Shown: positions 38,596-50,260 of the stretch, in pieces
Position numbering within the stretch: position 1 is the first letter of the stretch
Layout of the letters: the number at the start of each line of letters is the position of its first letter
The notes under the pieces: generated by a model
Databases searched by the model: none
What the model was told of the DNA's origin: nothing
The model's input: only the letters and a program-made list of their open reading frames with translations
Translations under genes and position numbers: made by a program
Assembly (NCBI GenBank): GCA_965662235.1
Contig: CBFIGY010000001.1
Span: 352,001-416,000, forward strand
From: an uncultured bacterium
GTDB taxonomy: Bacteria; SAR324; NAC60-12
DNA length: 64,000 nt
Direction of reading: 5' to 3'

Positions 38596-39930
38596 ATGAT
38601 GAAAGAGATGAGCCTAGAACAGGTCATTCAAGAGGCGGTCAGGCGGTCGAACACGATTGATGACCTGGTGATTGGGAGTGAAGTGCTGAAGCAGGTGGGC
38701 ACGTTGTTTCAGCGGCACTTCCCTGGGCGCAAAGCGATCCTGATTGCGGATGAGAACACCTGGAGGGTGGCCGGGCCTCAGGTGGAGCAGTCCCTCCGGG
38801 AGGCTTCAGTGGAGGTGAAGACACGCATCTTGCCGGGAACGCCTCGCCTGAAGCCCACCACGGCGCTGGGCAACGAACTGGCCTCAGAGATTGCGGACCA
38901 GGTTCCGGTCGCCGTTGGTTCCGGTGTGATCAACGACCTGGTGAAGTATGCGTCCCATCAGGTCCAGACCCGCTACTGCTGCGTGGCCACGGCAGCGTCC
39001 ATGGACGGTTATGCCTCAGCAGGCGCAGCAATGATGTACGACGGCTTCAAGAAGACCATTCCCTGCACGGCGGCTCAGGTTGTGGTTGCCGACTCGGACA
39101 TCATCCGTGAAGCGCCGCTGGAGATGGCCGGCTGGGGCTATGGAGACCTGGCGGGAAAGGTTCCGGCAGGCGCAGACTGGATCCTAGCCGATGCCTTTGG
39201 GCTGGAACCGCTGGATGATGTGGCGTGGCCGCTGGTGCAGGATCACCTGCGGGAGTGCCTAGAGAAACCGTCTGAACTTCAGGAGCAAAAGCCCGAAGCC
39301 TTCTCGCGTCTCTTCATTGGCTTGACGGCCACCGGGCTGGCTATGGAGTTCCACAACACCTCGCGTCCTGCTTCCGGATCCGACCACCAGATTGCTCACC
39401 TGTGGGAGATGAGTCAGCACCAGCACGAAGGCCGCCCGGTGTCGCACGGGGCCTGTGTCTCAATTGGATGCTTGACAGTCCTGTCCTTATACGATTGGCT
39501 ACTCCAGCAGGAAACGCTCCCCTTCGATCCGGAAGCTGCATGGGCGCAGCGGGCGTCGCTGGAAGAGAAGCAGCAACAGATCCACAAGGCCTTCCCTCAA
39601 GCCGAAATTGCTGACAAGGCCATGGCTGAGGTGAAGGCCAAGCATCCAAGTGCCGAAGAACTGAAGGCGCGGCTGCTGAAGCTAAAGACCATTTGGCCGG
39701 AACTGAGGCTCCGTCTGCAAAACCAGCTGATGTCGATGACGGAGATGCAGGAACACCTCCGCCAGGCAGGAGCTCCGGCTTGCGCCGCGGACATTGGCAT
39801 TGACCCCCAGCGTCTGAGGGAAACCACCCTCACCGCTCGTTTCCTGCGAAGTCGATACACGGTCCTGGATCTTCTGGAAGAGACAGGGCTTTTGGAAGAG
39901 GCGGTGGCCCAAGCGGCTCTTCCCTACTGA
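38596..39930 (+). CDS. sn-glycerol-1-phosphate dehydrogenase (AraM/EgsA)-like
   Basis: [51 protein letters not shown]. Confidence 0.85.
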   Translation: MMKEMSLEQVIQEAVRRSNTIDDLVIGSEVLKQVGTLFQRHFPGRKAILIADENTWRVAGPQVEQSLREASVEVKTRILPGTPRLKPTTALGNELASEIADQVPVAVGSGVINDLVKYASHQVQTRYCCVATAASMDGYASAGAAMMYDGFKKTIPCTAAQVVVADSDIIREAPLEMAGWGYGDLAGKVPAGADWILADAFGLEPLDDVAWPLVQDHLRECLEKPSELQEQKPEAFSRLFIGLTATGLAMEFHNTSRPASGSDHQIAHLWEMSQHQHEGRPVSHGACVSIGCLTVLSLYDWLLQQETLPFDPEAAWAQRASLEEKQQQIHKAFPQAEIADKAMAEVKAKHPSAEELKARLLKLKTIWPELRLRLQNQLMSMTEMQEHLRQAGAPACAADIGIDPQRLRETTLTARFLRSRYTVLDLLEETGLLEEAVAQAALPY

Positions 39931-39952
39931 ACTGGGCGAGGAGGAACCGACC

Positions 39953-40513
39953 ATGATGTCACTCACTGAGATGGCAACGCAGGCCCTTGAAGAAATGAAG
40001 GCTTCGTTGCACGCAATCCGTGAAGAAGAGCTGCAGCAGGTCCTAGACGAGCTGGTGCAGGCCCGGCGCATTGCGCTTTATGGTGTGGGACGCGAGGGCC
40101 TGATGATTAAGGCCCTGGCGATGCGACTGTACCACATGGGCCTAGATGCGCATGTGGTGGGAGACATGACCACTCCGCCTCTTGGCGCCGGAGACCTGCT
40201 GGTCACCAGTGCAGGGCCCGGAGGCTTCTCTACCATTTCCGCTCTCATCGGCGTTGCCCGGAACGCAGGGGCCCGGACCCTCTGCTTCACCTCCGTGCCT
40301 TCTGGCGAATCCGCCGCTCAGTGTGACGTCATCATGGAGCTTCCGGCTCAGACCATGGCCAACGATCAGGGGGGCGCTGTGTCCATCCTTCCGATGGGAT
40401 CGCTTTATGAGGGGGTGCAGTACGTCGCGTACGAGCTCCTCATTCTTCGGCTCCGCGAACGCCTCCAGGAGGCGCCGGAGCAGATGCGAGCCCGCCACAC
40501 CAATCTGGAGTAG
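39953..40513 (+). CDS. SIS-domain 6-phospho-3-hexuloisomerase-like protein
   Basis: GVGREG, AMRLYH, GDMTTPP, PMGSLYE, C-terminal RHTNLE. Confidence 0.85.
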   Translation: MMSLTEMATQALEEMKASLHAIREEELQQVLDELVQARRIALYGVGREGLMIKALAMRLYHMGLDAHVVGDMTTPPLGAGDLLVTSAGPGGFSTISALIGVARNAGARTLCFTSVPSGESAAQCDVIMELPAQTMANDQGGAVSILPMGSLYEGVQYVAYELLILRLRERLQEAPEQMRARHTNLE

Positions 40514-40517
40514 GCAC

Positions 40518-41288
40518 ATGTCGGACTGGACACAGCGTTTTTCCCTAGAAGGTCGCAAGGCCTTCATCACCGGTGCCTCCAAGGGCATTGGCGCAGAGAT
40601 CGCCCGGGTGTTTGCCGATGCGGGAGCAGACATTGTGGCGGTGGGACGAGATCGAAAGGACCTAGAGGCGGTGGCTCAGGAGGTTCGAGACCGAGGGCGG
40701 CAGTGCTTGGTGCTGGAAGCCGACTTGACTTCGCCGGAGAGTCCGCAGGTGGCGGCCCAAGAAGCCCTGAAGCAGTGGGGCACCTTGGACATTCTGGTGA
40801 ACAATGCCGGAATCGCACGCATCCATCCAGCCTTGGAAATGCCTCTGGCCGCGTGGGAAGAGACCATGGCGGTCAACGTCCGGGCGCCTTTCCTACTGGC
40901 GCAAGCGTTGGCACCCCGGATGATTGAGCAACGCTGGGGGAAGATCATCAACATTTCCTCGCAAACCGGAGTCATTGCTCTGGAAGACCACGCCGCCTAT
41001 GCGACCTCCAAAGGCGCCTTGAACGCGCTCACCAAGTCCCTGACGGCTGAGTGGGCCCAGCACAACATTCAGGTCAACGCCATCTGCCCCACCGTCATTT
41101 TGACTCCAATGGGGTTGGAGGTCTGGGGCGATCCTGCCAAGAGTCAGCCCATGCTGGACAAGACGCCTTTGGGACGTTTTGGAAAGCCCGTGGAGGTTGC
41201 AGACATGGCGCTCTACCTGGCGTCTCCGGCGTCAGAACTGGTCAATGGCGCCGTTTTGATGATTGAAGGCGGCTTTACGGCGCTTTAG
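40518..41288 (+). CDS. SDR polyol dehydrogenase (L-xylulose reductase/threitol dehydrogenase-like)
   Basis: TGASKGIG, NNAG, HAAYATSK, PTVILTPMG. Confidence 0.85.
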   Translation: MSDWTQRFSLEGRKAFITGASKGIGAEIARVFADAGADIVAVGRDRKDLEAVAQEVRDRGRQCLVLEADLTSPESPQVAAQEALKQWGTLDILVNNAGIARIHPALEMPLAAWEETMAVNVRAPFLLAQALAPRMIEQRWGKIINISSQTGVIALEDHAAYATSKGALNALTKSLTAEWAQHNIQVNAICPTVILTPMGLEVWGDPAKSQPMLDKTPLGRFGKPVEVADMALYLASPASELVNGAVLMIEGGFTAL

Positions 41289-42742
41289 GCGTTGTCGTTG
41301 ACCTGCTTCAGCAGCGGGTAGAGGCTCCGGAAGCGCTGATACGCGTCGCTATAGGCGGCCCCCCAGTCCGGATGGGGAACAACCGTCTGGGCGACCGGAG
41401 GCGCCGGCATGACGGCTTCCGGAGTAGCCCCCGTGACCCCAACCATTGCCAAGCGGACGGCTCCCAGCGCGGCGCCGTAGTCTCCCTGCTCCGGAAGGTC
41501 AATGGGAAGCTGCAGGATCGTCGCCAGCAGTTCCACCCAGTAGGACGACCGGGTGCCACCCCCCAAGCCCAGCAGCCGGTTCAGTTCGGTTCCGGTGGAG
41601 CGCAGGGCCTCCAGCCCGTCTCGCATGGCAAATCCCACTCCTTCCAGCACCGCCTGAGTGAGCTGCTGCGGTTCATTCGCAATATCTAAATTCAAAAATG
41701 CCCCCCGAATGCGGCTGTCGTTGTGCGGCGTCCGCTCTCCTGAAAGGTACGGGACAAACGCGACGGAACCGGGACCGCTCAGGGAGGGCAGGGAGCGGGT
41801 CAGCTGCTGAGGAGACGACCCCAGCTGACGCGCCAGCCAGTTGAGGCTGTCGGTGGCCGCCAGCATGACGCTCATCTGATACCACCGTCCGGGCAACGCG
41901 TGACAGAAGGTGTGGACGGCTGATTCCGGACGCGGGGCATAGCCATCTTTGGCCGCAAGGAGGACTCCGGATGTCCCCAGTGAGAGAAAACCGTCTCCTT
42001 CTTGCAGGCTCCCGGCTCCACACGCCGCCGCGGCATTGTCGCCCCCACCCCCCACGACCGCCACCGAATCCGATAGGCCCCAGCGCTGAGCCAGCGCCGG
42101 CCGTACGGTTCCGGAGACTTCTGACCCTTCCACCAGACGGGGCATGTGAGCACGCTCTAGGGAGCAGTATGCCAACAACTCTTCCGACCAGTCCCGGGTT
42201 TGGACGTTGAGCCAGGAGGTTCCGGCGCTGTCGGAGCAGTCAGAGACGGCCTCTCCGGTCAGCCAGAGCCGCAGGTAGTCCTTGGGCAGCAGCACTCGCT
42301 TCAGTCGGGCAAAGCAATCGGGCTCGTGCTGCTGAACCCACAGCAGCTTGGGGGCGGTGAACCCGGGGAAGACGATGTTGCCGGTCTGCTCCCGGAACCC
42401 GGGGGTCTGGTCCAGCAAAGCGGCTTCTGCATGGGAGCGGGTGTCGTTCCAGAGGATGCAGGGACGCAGGACGGCGTCTTGGGCATCGAGGAGGGTAGCG
42501 CCATGCATGTGTCCGGAGAGACCGATGCCTTGAACCTGACGCAGGGCCTGAGGGTTCCGGGCGTGCAGCTCATCCAGTCCGCTTTCACAGGCACGGATCC
42601 AGTCTGCCGGATCTTGCTCGCTCCAGCCGGGATGAAGGGTCTGGACGGAGTAGTGGTGCTCCACTGACTCAATGATCTGTCCGGACGCGTCTGCGAGGAC
42701 CATCCGCAGTCCGGAGGTTCCCAAATCGAATCCTAAAAACAT
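41285..42742 (-). CDS. xylB: Xylulokinase
   Basis: GLSGHMHG, LWNDTRS, FPGFTAPKL, GGGDNAA, PYLSGERTPHND. Confidence 0.9.
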   Translation of the reverse strand: MFLGFDLGTSGLRMVLADASGQIIESVEHHYSVQTLHPGWSEQDPADWIRACESGLDELHARNPQALRQVQGIGLSGHMHGATLLDAQDAVLRPCILWNDTRSHAEAALLDQTPGFREQTGNIVFPGFTAPKLLWVQQHEPDCFARLKRVLLPKDYLRLWLTGEAVSDCSDSAGTSWLNVQTRDWSEELLAYCSLERAHMPRLVEGSEVSGTVRPALAQRWGLSDSVAVVGGGGDNAAAACGAGSLQEGDGFLSLGTSGVLLAAKDGYAPRPESAVHTFCHALPGRWYQMSVMLAATDSLNWLARQLGSSPQQLTRSLPSLSGPGSVAFVPYLSGERTPHNDSRIRGAFLNLDIANEPQQLTQAVLEGVGFAMRDGLEALRSTGTELNRLLGLGGGTRSSYWVELLATILQLPIDLPEQGDYGAALGAVRLAMVGVTGATPEAVMPAPPVAQTVVPHPDWGAAYSDAYQRFRSLYPLLKQVNDNA

Positions 42743-42786
42743 TTGGTCCCTGTCTGATGAAGAAAAGCGGGAGGGCCCCCGAGGGT

Positions 42787-43347
42787 TCAGGCGGCTTCGT
42801 TGCGAGTTGCTTTGGTAATCTGAATCAAGGGGGTGGGCCACTGCAGGTAGTCCTGCCACTGCGAGTCGGGGATCCGTAGCGGGAGGGTCTTGGCAATGGT
42901 CACCATCTGCCAGTAGTTGGGCTCAATCGGATGGTTGAGGGGCCGGAGGAACTTGGAGCCCTTGTCGAGGTTGCAGGGGTAGCAGGCGGCCACCACGTTT
43001 TCCCAACTGGTGGAGCCCCCTTTGCTTTTGGGGATGACGTGGTCGATGGTCAGGTGTTCAGACGCATAGTGCTTGCCACAGTACTGGCAGTGGAAACGGT
43101 CGCGGAGGTAGATGTTGCGGCGGGTGAAGTGCACGCGGCTGGAGCGCCGGATGTACTTGGTCATTACGACCACGCTGGGCATGGGCATGGAGAAGCGTTG
43201 CGACCGGCATCGCCAATCCGGGTAGGTCCGGAGGATGCGGACCTTTTCCAGAAAGTACGCTTTGACCGCTTGTTGCCAGGTCAGAACACTCAAAGGCGCC
43301 AGGGTAAGGGGCTGGTGATCCTGATTGAGGAGCAAAACATCGCTCAT
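42787..43347 (-). CDS. HNH endonuclease (McrA-like, Zn finger)
   Basis: RRNIYLRD..CQYCG, TIDHVIPKSKGG..WENVVAAC..CN. Confidence 0.9.
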   Translation of the reverse strand: MSDVLLLNQDHQPLTLAPLSVLTWQQAVKAYFLEKVRILRTYPDWRCRSQRFSMPMPSVVVMTKYIRRSSRVHFTRRNIYLRDRFHCQYCGKHYASEHLTIDHVIPKSKGGSTSWENVVAACYPCNLDKGSKFLRPLNHPIEPNYWQMVTIAKTLPLRIPDSQWQDYLQWPTPLIQITKATRNEAA

Positions 43348-43401
43348 CGGCAAGCGCTTGGAAAAGGCCACATCCAGGGGGAGGGCGACCCTCCCCAGAG
43401 G

Positions 43402-46077
<2,676 letters not shown>

Positions 46078-46269
46078 TTCGCCTCATAATCAGGGTCGTT
46101 GGGTGCCTCCTTTTTCTCCCCACCAAACGGGAGCAGTAGGGGGAAAACTCGCAAATCATAAAAACACTGGCGAAATTCACAAGTTTTTCGCAGGGGCTCT
46201 GAGGATCTGGAAGCCGACCCGCTGTGAGAACAGTGGCCTCAGAAGCCCCGGTGAAGGTCCCGAAGCTCG

Positions 46270-47826
46270 TCAGGGGCGATCGCGCAGCTCGCGGCGCAGA
46301 ATTTTCCCAGACGCGCTCTTGGGGATGGCGTCAATGAATTCCAGCCTCCGGACCCGCTTCTGCGGTGAAACCCGCTCGGCCACAAAGTCCATCAGCTCAG
46401 CTTCGGAGACGGTTGCCTCGGGCTTGCGGACGACAAAAGCGCGAGGAATTTCCCCAGCGGCTTCATCGGGAAAGGGCACCACGCCCACGTCGTTGACGTC
46501 GGGATGCGTCAGCAGCAGGGCCTCGAGTTCGGCAGGGGGCACCTGAAAGCCCTTGTACTTGATGAGCTCCTTGACGCGATCGACCACCCAGAAGTTGCCT
46601 TCTTCATCGGCCTCGGCGATGTCTCCAGTGTGCAGCCAGCCATCGGCATCCAGGGTCTGGGCGGTGGCTTCCGGATTGTTCAGGTAGCCCTTCATCACCT
46701 GTGGCCCACGGATGTGCAATTCCCCGCGCTCGCCGTAGCCCAGGGCCTTCCCGGACTCCACGTCCACAATCCGTGCTTCCGTGTTGGGGAGCAGGTGCCC
46801 GGCGGCGCCATAGCGGATCTTCTCCGGATCCTCTGGGCTCACATGGGTCACCGGACTGAGTTCGGTCATGCCATACCCTTGCTTCACCATCAGGTTCAGG
46901 CGAGTGGCACATTCCTGACTCAGCTCAGCGCCCAGAGGGGCGGCTCCAGAGAGGATCACCTTCAGGGTGGAAAGGTCGAACTGGTCCACCAACGGGTGCT
47001 TGGCAAGTGCCAGAACGATCGGGGGCACAATGTGAGCGCGGGTGATGCCATGCGTCTGGATGAGGCTAAGGAACTGCTCGAGGTCGAAGCGAGGCATGGT
47101 CACAATGGTGGCGCCGTTGCTGAGGGCGGCGTTCATGATGACGGTCATCCCGTAAATGTGGTAGAAGGGCAGCACGCCAATGAGCACGTCGGCCTCGGTG
47201 GTGGGCTCTAGGTTCTCGAACTGCTTGATGTTGGCAATGAGGTTCCGTTGCGTCAGCATGACGCCCTTAGGAATTCCGGTGGTGCCGCTGGAGTAAGGCA
47301 GAACGGCGAGGTCGGTGGCCGGATCCACGTCGAGGTCCGGAACCGGTCCCTCTGAACGGAGGAGCTGCTCAAACGGAGTGGCGCCCGGAGCCTCGCCAAG
47401 GACAAAGACCTCCTCGACTCCGGCGAGTTGTGCCGCCTCCAAAGCGGTTTCGAGGAGCGCTGGCAGCGTGAGGAGGAAGCGGGCCTCGCAGTCCTTGAGC
47501 TGACGCCCCAGCTCTTCGGCGGTGTAAAGCGGGTTGGCGGTGGTGCAGGTGCCTCCAGCGCGGACCACTCCATGAAAGGCCACCGCGTATTCTGGGACAT
47601 TGGGACAGTAGATTCCAAAGACCTGCCCCTTTCCAAACTGACGGGCTGCTAAGCCAGCGGCACAGCGCTCCACCTGCTCGCGCAGCTGTCCATAGGTAAG
47701 GGTGCGGCCGCTGGGGCCGTCAATCAGTGCCGGCTTGTCTGCCAGCGCCGCGGTTTTGCGTAGGATGATTTCCGGGAGGGAAAGGTCAGGAATGGCGACC
47801 GCCTCATAGTTGCTGTGGATGATCAT
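46270..47826 (-). CDS. 4-coumarate--CoA ligase-like AMP-binding enzyme
   Basis: YSSGTTGIPKGV, LPFYHIYG, QGYGMTE, DRVKELIKYKGFQV, KSASGKILRR. Confidence 0.88.
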   Translation of the reverse strand: MIIHSNYEAVAIPDLSLPEIILRKTAALADKPALIDGPSGRTLTYGQLREQVERCAAGLAARQFGKGQVFGIYCPNVPEYAVAFHGVVRAGGTCTTANPLYTAEELGRQLKDCEARFLLTLPALLETALEAAQLAGVEEVFVLGEAPGATPFEQLLRSEGPVPDLDVDPATDLAVLPYSSGTTGIPKGVMLTQRNLIANIKQFENLEPTTEADVLIGVLPFYHIYGMTVIMNAALSNGATIVTMPRFDLEQFLSLIQTHGITRAHIVPPIVLALAKHPLVDQFDLSTLKVILSGAAPLGAELSQECATRLNLMVKQGYGMTELSPVTHVSPEDPEKIRYGAAGHLLPNTEARIVDVESGKALGYGERGELHIRGPQVMKGYLNNPEATAQTLDADGWLHTGDIAEADEEGNFWVVDRVKELIKYKGFQVPPAELEALLLTHPDVNDVGVVPFPDEAAGEIPRAFVVRKPEATVSEAELMDFVAERVSPQKRVRRLEFIDAIPKSASGKILRRELRDRP

Positions 47827-48067
47827 GCTTCCTCCAAGGTTTCAGGGTTTTTACTAATTTCGGACAGGAACCGAAATCAGCATCTTAAACTGCTTTTCTC
47901 CGAAACGTAAGGGGACGCTGCCGGAAAGGGACGTGGGAAAAGGGAAAGCGGAGGGAACGTATTTTTATGAAGTTAAGACTAGGAACTGAGGGAAAACTCA
48001 GGTAAGGTTAACGTTTCCCCAGACAGGAGGTTAGGGGCTGGATGCGGGATCGCATCCTCACGGAACT

Positions 48068-48862
48068 TTGGAACTAAAGGTTCATGCGCCGGCATGGAAG
48101 CCACACTGCATAAAGGACATGGAGCGCCACTTTAATCAGGATTTTGCAGAAGACACCTGCAACGACTCACTGTTTGATGACTCACTGCTAGAGGCCATGA
48201 TGGCGGAAACGCTTGCCTCCGTTCCAGATTACTCGTCGCTTGCTGAAGCCGGATTCAGTGCCAAGCCCCTCACTCAGGGGGTGAAGCCTGCAGGCCCGCT
48301 GAAGCAGCTGCCTCCTGCGCTCCAGGACGTCACCACCCACTTCAGCACGCACCTGGCTGAGGTCTTTCAGCGCACCCTGAAGGAACCGTCTCGAATCCGC
48401 TTCACTCAGCATGCGGTTCTGCCCTTCGAGCAACTGGAACTCCTGGCTCCCGAACGTTCTTACTTTACGCTGCTTCGCCTCGATGGTCCGGAGTCAATGT
48501 GGCTGTTTCACCTCTCCCGTGAGGTGGCTGAAGGCCTTGCCTCGGCCCTGTACCTGGAGCGTCAGAAGCCCCAGCGCCGGCAGGCGGCCCACCCACGTCT
48601 CAGTGAGGCAGATTCCTTGATCTACGTGGAGACTGGCAGTGTGCTACGACACTGCATTCAGGGGTTGGTCTCGGCGTGGAAGGGCTCCAGCCGCTTGGGG
48701 TTGAAGGGGTTTCGGCATCAGCTGACACCGGGGGTGGCGCGTGGGTTTTCTCCGCAAGAGCCCTACCTGGTGCAGCACTTTTCCGTTGAGAATCGCCTGT
48801 TCCAAGGAGAGGCTCACACGGCTTTGCCCCTGCGCATCGCTCACGTCTTGCTCGACCGCTGA
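48068..48862 (+). CDS. Hypothetical protein, possibly FliM/CheC middle-domain-like
   Basis: Long ORF; alternating helix/strand pattern with RLSEAD and C-terminal G...ALP reminiscent of FliM middle domain; start uncertain. Confidence 0.45.
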   Translation: MELKVHAPAWKPHCIKDMERHFNQDFAEDTCNDSLFDDSLLEAMMAETLASVPDYSSLAEAGFSAKPLTQGVKPAGPLKQLPPALQDVTTHFSTHLAEVFQRTLKEPSRIRFTQHAVLPFEQLELLAPERSYFTLLRLDGPESMWLFHLSREVAEGLASALYLERQKPQRRQAAHPRLSEADSLIYVETGSVLRHCIQGLVSAWKGSSRLGLKGFRHQLTPGVARGFSPQEPYLVQHFSVENRLFQGEAHTALPLRIAHVLLDR

Positions 48863-48864
48863 CG

Positions 48865-49203
48865 CTACCCCAGCGGCGGTCTTCCATACCTTCCGGAGTC
48901 GTCTTGACTCCAACGAATCCGACGCTGCACGGCGTCTAGGTTCAGTGGCCCATAGAGGTGCGGAAACGGCGCCTCGCCCGGCTCGGCTTCTTCCCAACGC
49001 AACTCCTCCTGCAGCTGGTCCACCCGGACCTCCCACACCTCCAGCTCTGGAACCTGCCCATAAAACCGGTTGGCGGTTCGCTCCAACTGTTCTGCCGTGG
49101 AAAAATGGATGAAGCCCTCGCGGGAAAGGCTCTCCGGAGCATAGGGACCTGCAGGCGCAGCACCCGGGAGGGTGAGGTGGTAGATCAGAGACGGTGTGGA
49201 CAT
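48865..49203 (-). CDS. DUF952 family protein
   Basis: IYHL, SL..EGFIHFST, ANRFY, FPHLYGPLN. Confidence 0.9.
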   Translation of the reverse strand: MSTPSLIYHLTLPGAAPAGPYAPESLSREGFIHFSTAEQLERTANRFYGQVPELEVWEVRVDQLQEELRWEEAEPGEAPFPHLYGPLNLDAVQRRIRWSQDDSGRYGRPPLG

Positions 49204-49253
49204 GGAATGAAGAGAAAGGAAAAAAGACGTTTCAGTTCGAAACAATTTGTCAT

Positions 49254-49282
49254 TTGACGCGGTGTTAGCGCTCGAGTAGCAT
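49254..49282 (+). promoter_or_regulatory. Sigma70-type promoter
   Basis: TTGACG-N17-TAGCAT upstream of the 49361 ORF. Confidence 0.6.
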
Positions 49283-49360
49283 GAGTGCCATAAATATCCA
49301 AACCGTTTTGGTAGGACGGTTTAAGTGACTGAAATACTGACTTAACCTGAAGAGGTCACC

Positions 49361-49573
49361 ATGGCAGCTCAAGAACTCACTCACGAGGAAATCAACGAAG
49401 CGATGGAACGCTTCCTAGCAAAAGGCGGGCAGATTCAACGCATTGAGTATCAGGACAACGGATTTGTCCTGAGCAATGAGTTGGGTCTGGACGAGGACTA
49501 CAGCACCGAAAACCTGGGCTCATCGATGCTCAAAAGTTTGGGTGTGGACTACGACTTGGACCCAGCCCTCTGA
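49361..49573 (+). CDS. Small acidic protein with SutA-like core motif
   Basis: GAGG RBS; EINEAMERFLAKGGQIQRIE; acidic C-terminal tail. Confidence 0.7.
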   Translation: MAAQELTHEEINEAMERFLAKGGQIQRIEYQDNGFVLSNELGLDEDYSTENLGSSMLKSLGVDYDLDPAL

Positions 49574-49725
49574 TCTTCCTCTGAAGCACCTTCCGGGACG
49601 GGAGCCTCTGGCTTCCGTTCCTCTCCCCACAGCATCAACTTCCACATCTTCTTTACCTCCTCATCCGTCACGTCGCTCGGAAGCGAGAGCTTGAGGTGGT
49701 CAATCAAGTCCCTATCGCTGATCAT
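49549..49725 (-). CDS. Possible 58-aa hypothetical protein
   Basis: MISDRDLIDHLKLSLP...; amphipathic helices; weak RBS; 25-bp convergent overlap. Confidence 0.35.
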   Translation of the reverse strand: MISDRDLIDHLKLSLPSDVTDEEVKKMWKLMLWGEERKPEAPVPEGASEEDQRAGSKS

Positions 49726-49869
49726 CGTTGCTTTTCTGGTAGCGCACAACTGGATCCTCCGTAGCCGACAAGGCGTCAGACTCCGCGGACCAGAGCTAGC
49801 TTATAGAAAAACAACTATAATTGCAATTTAAAGGAATTGTGATGAGGTGAGGTACAGGAGGGGGAGAAG

Positions 49870-49888
49870 GGCCGCGCCGGGCGCGGCC
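49870..49888 (-). terminator. GC hairpin downstream of csp
   Basis: GGCCGCGC/GCGCGGCC stem, pyrimidine tail on minus strand. Confidence 0.45.
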
Positions 49889-49912
49889 AACCGACTCAAC
49901 TTCGAAAGGCTC

Positions 49913-50104
49913 TTAGATGAGTTTCACTTCTTTAGCCGCAAGGCCTTTTCGACCTTGTCCCACTACGAATTCCACCTGTGCTCCATCGCGGAGGTGACCC
50001 CCTTGAACATCGGAGAAGTGCACAAACAAATCATCTCCGTTTTCTTGCTCAATGAAGCCGTAGCCTTTTTGCTCATTGAACCACTTTACTCGACCTTGCG
50101 GCAT
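49913..50104 (-). CDS. Cold-shock protein
   Basis: GRVKWFN, KGYGFI (RNP1), LFVHF (RNP2). Confidence 0.95.
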   Translation of the reverse strand: MPQGRVKWFNEQKGYGFIEQENGDDLFVHFSDVQGGHLRDGAQVEFVVGQGRKGLAAKEVKLI

Positions 50105-50260
50105 ACTCGATCCTGAAAAAATAAAGGGCTGCAGCCCGAAAACCACTCCGCGGATACGGAGCCGTAGCTTGATTGCTACGAAAAATTAGTGTTAAGGAAA
50201 CACTTCCGGATGTCCAGCTTAATCGGAAAAAACGCTTGCAGTGTGCCCTTAGTCCTGAAA

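Noticed and set aside
47880..47960. GAAA/GGGACG elements suggesting a c-di-GMP-I riboswitch or sigma28 promoter before the FliM-like gene
   Set aside because: No GCAAA-flanked P2 stem; sigma28 match is poor.
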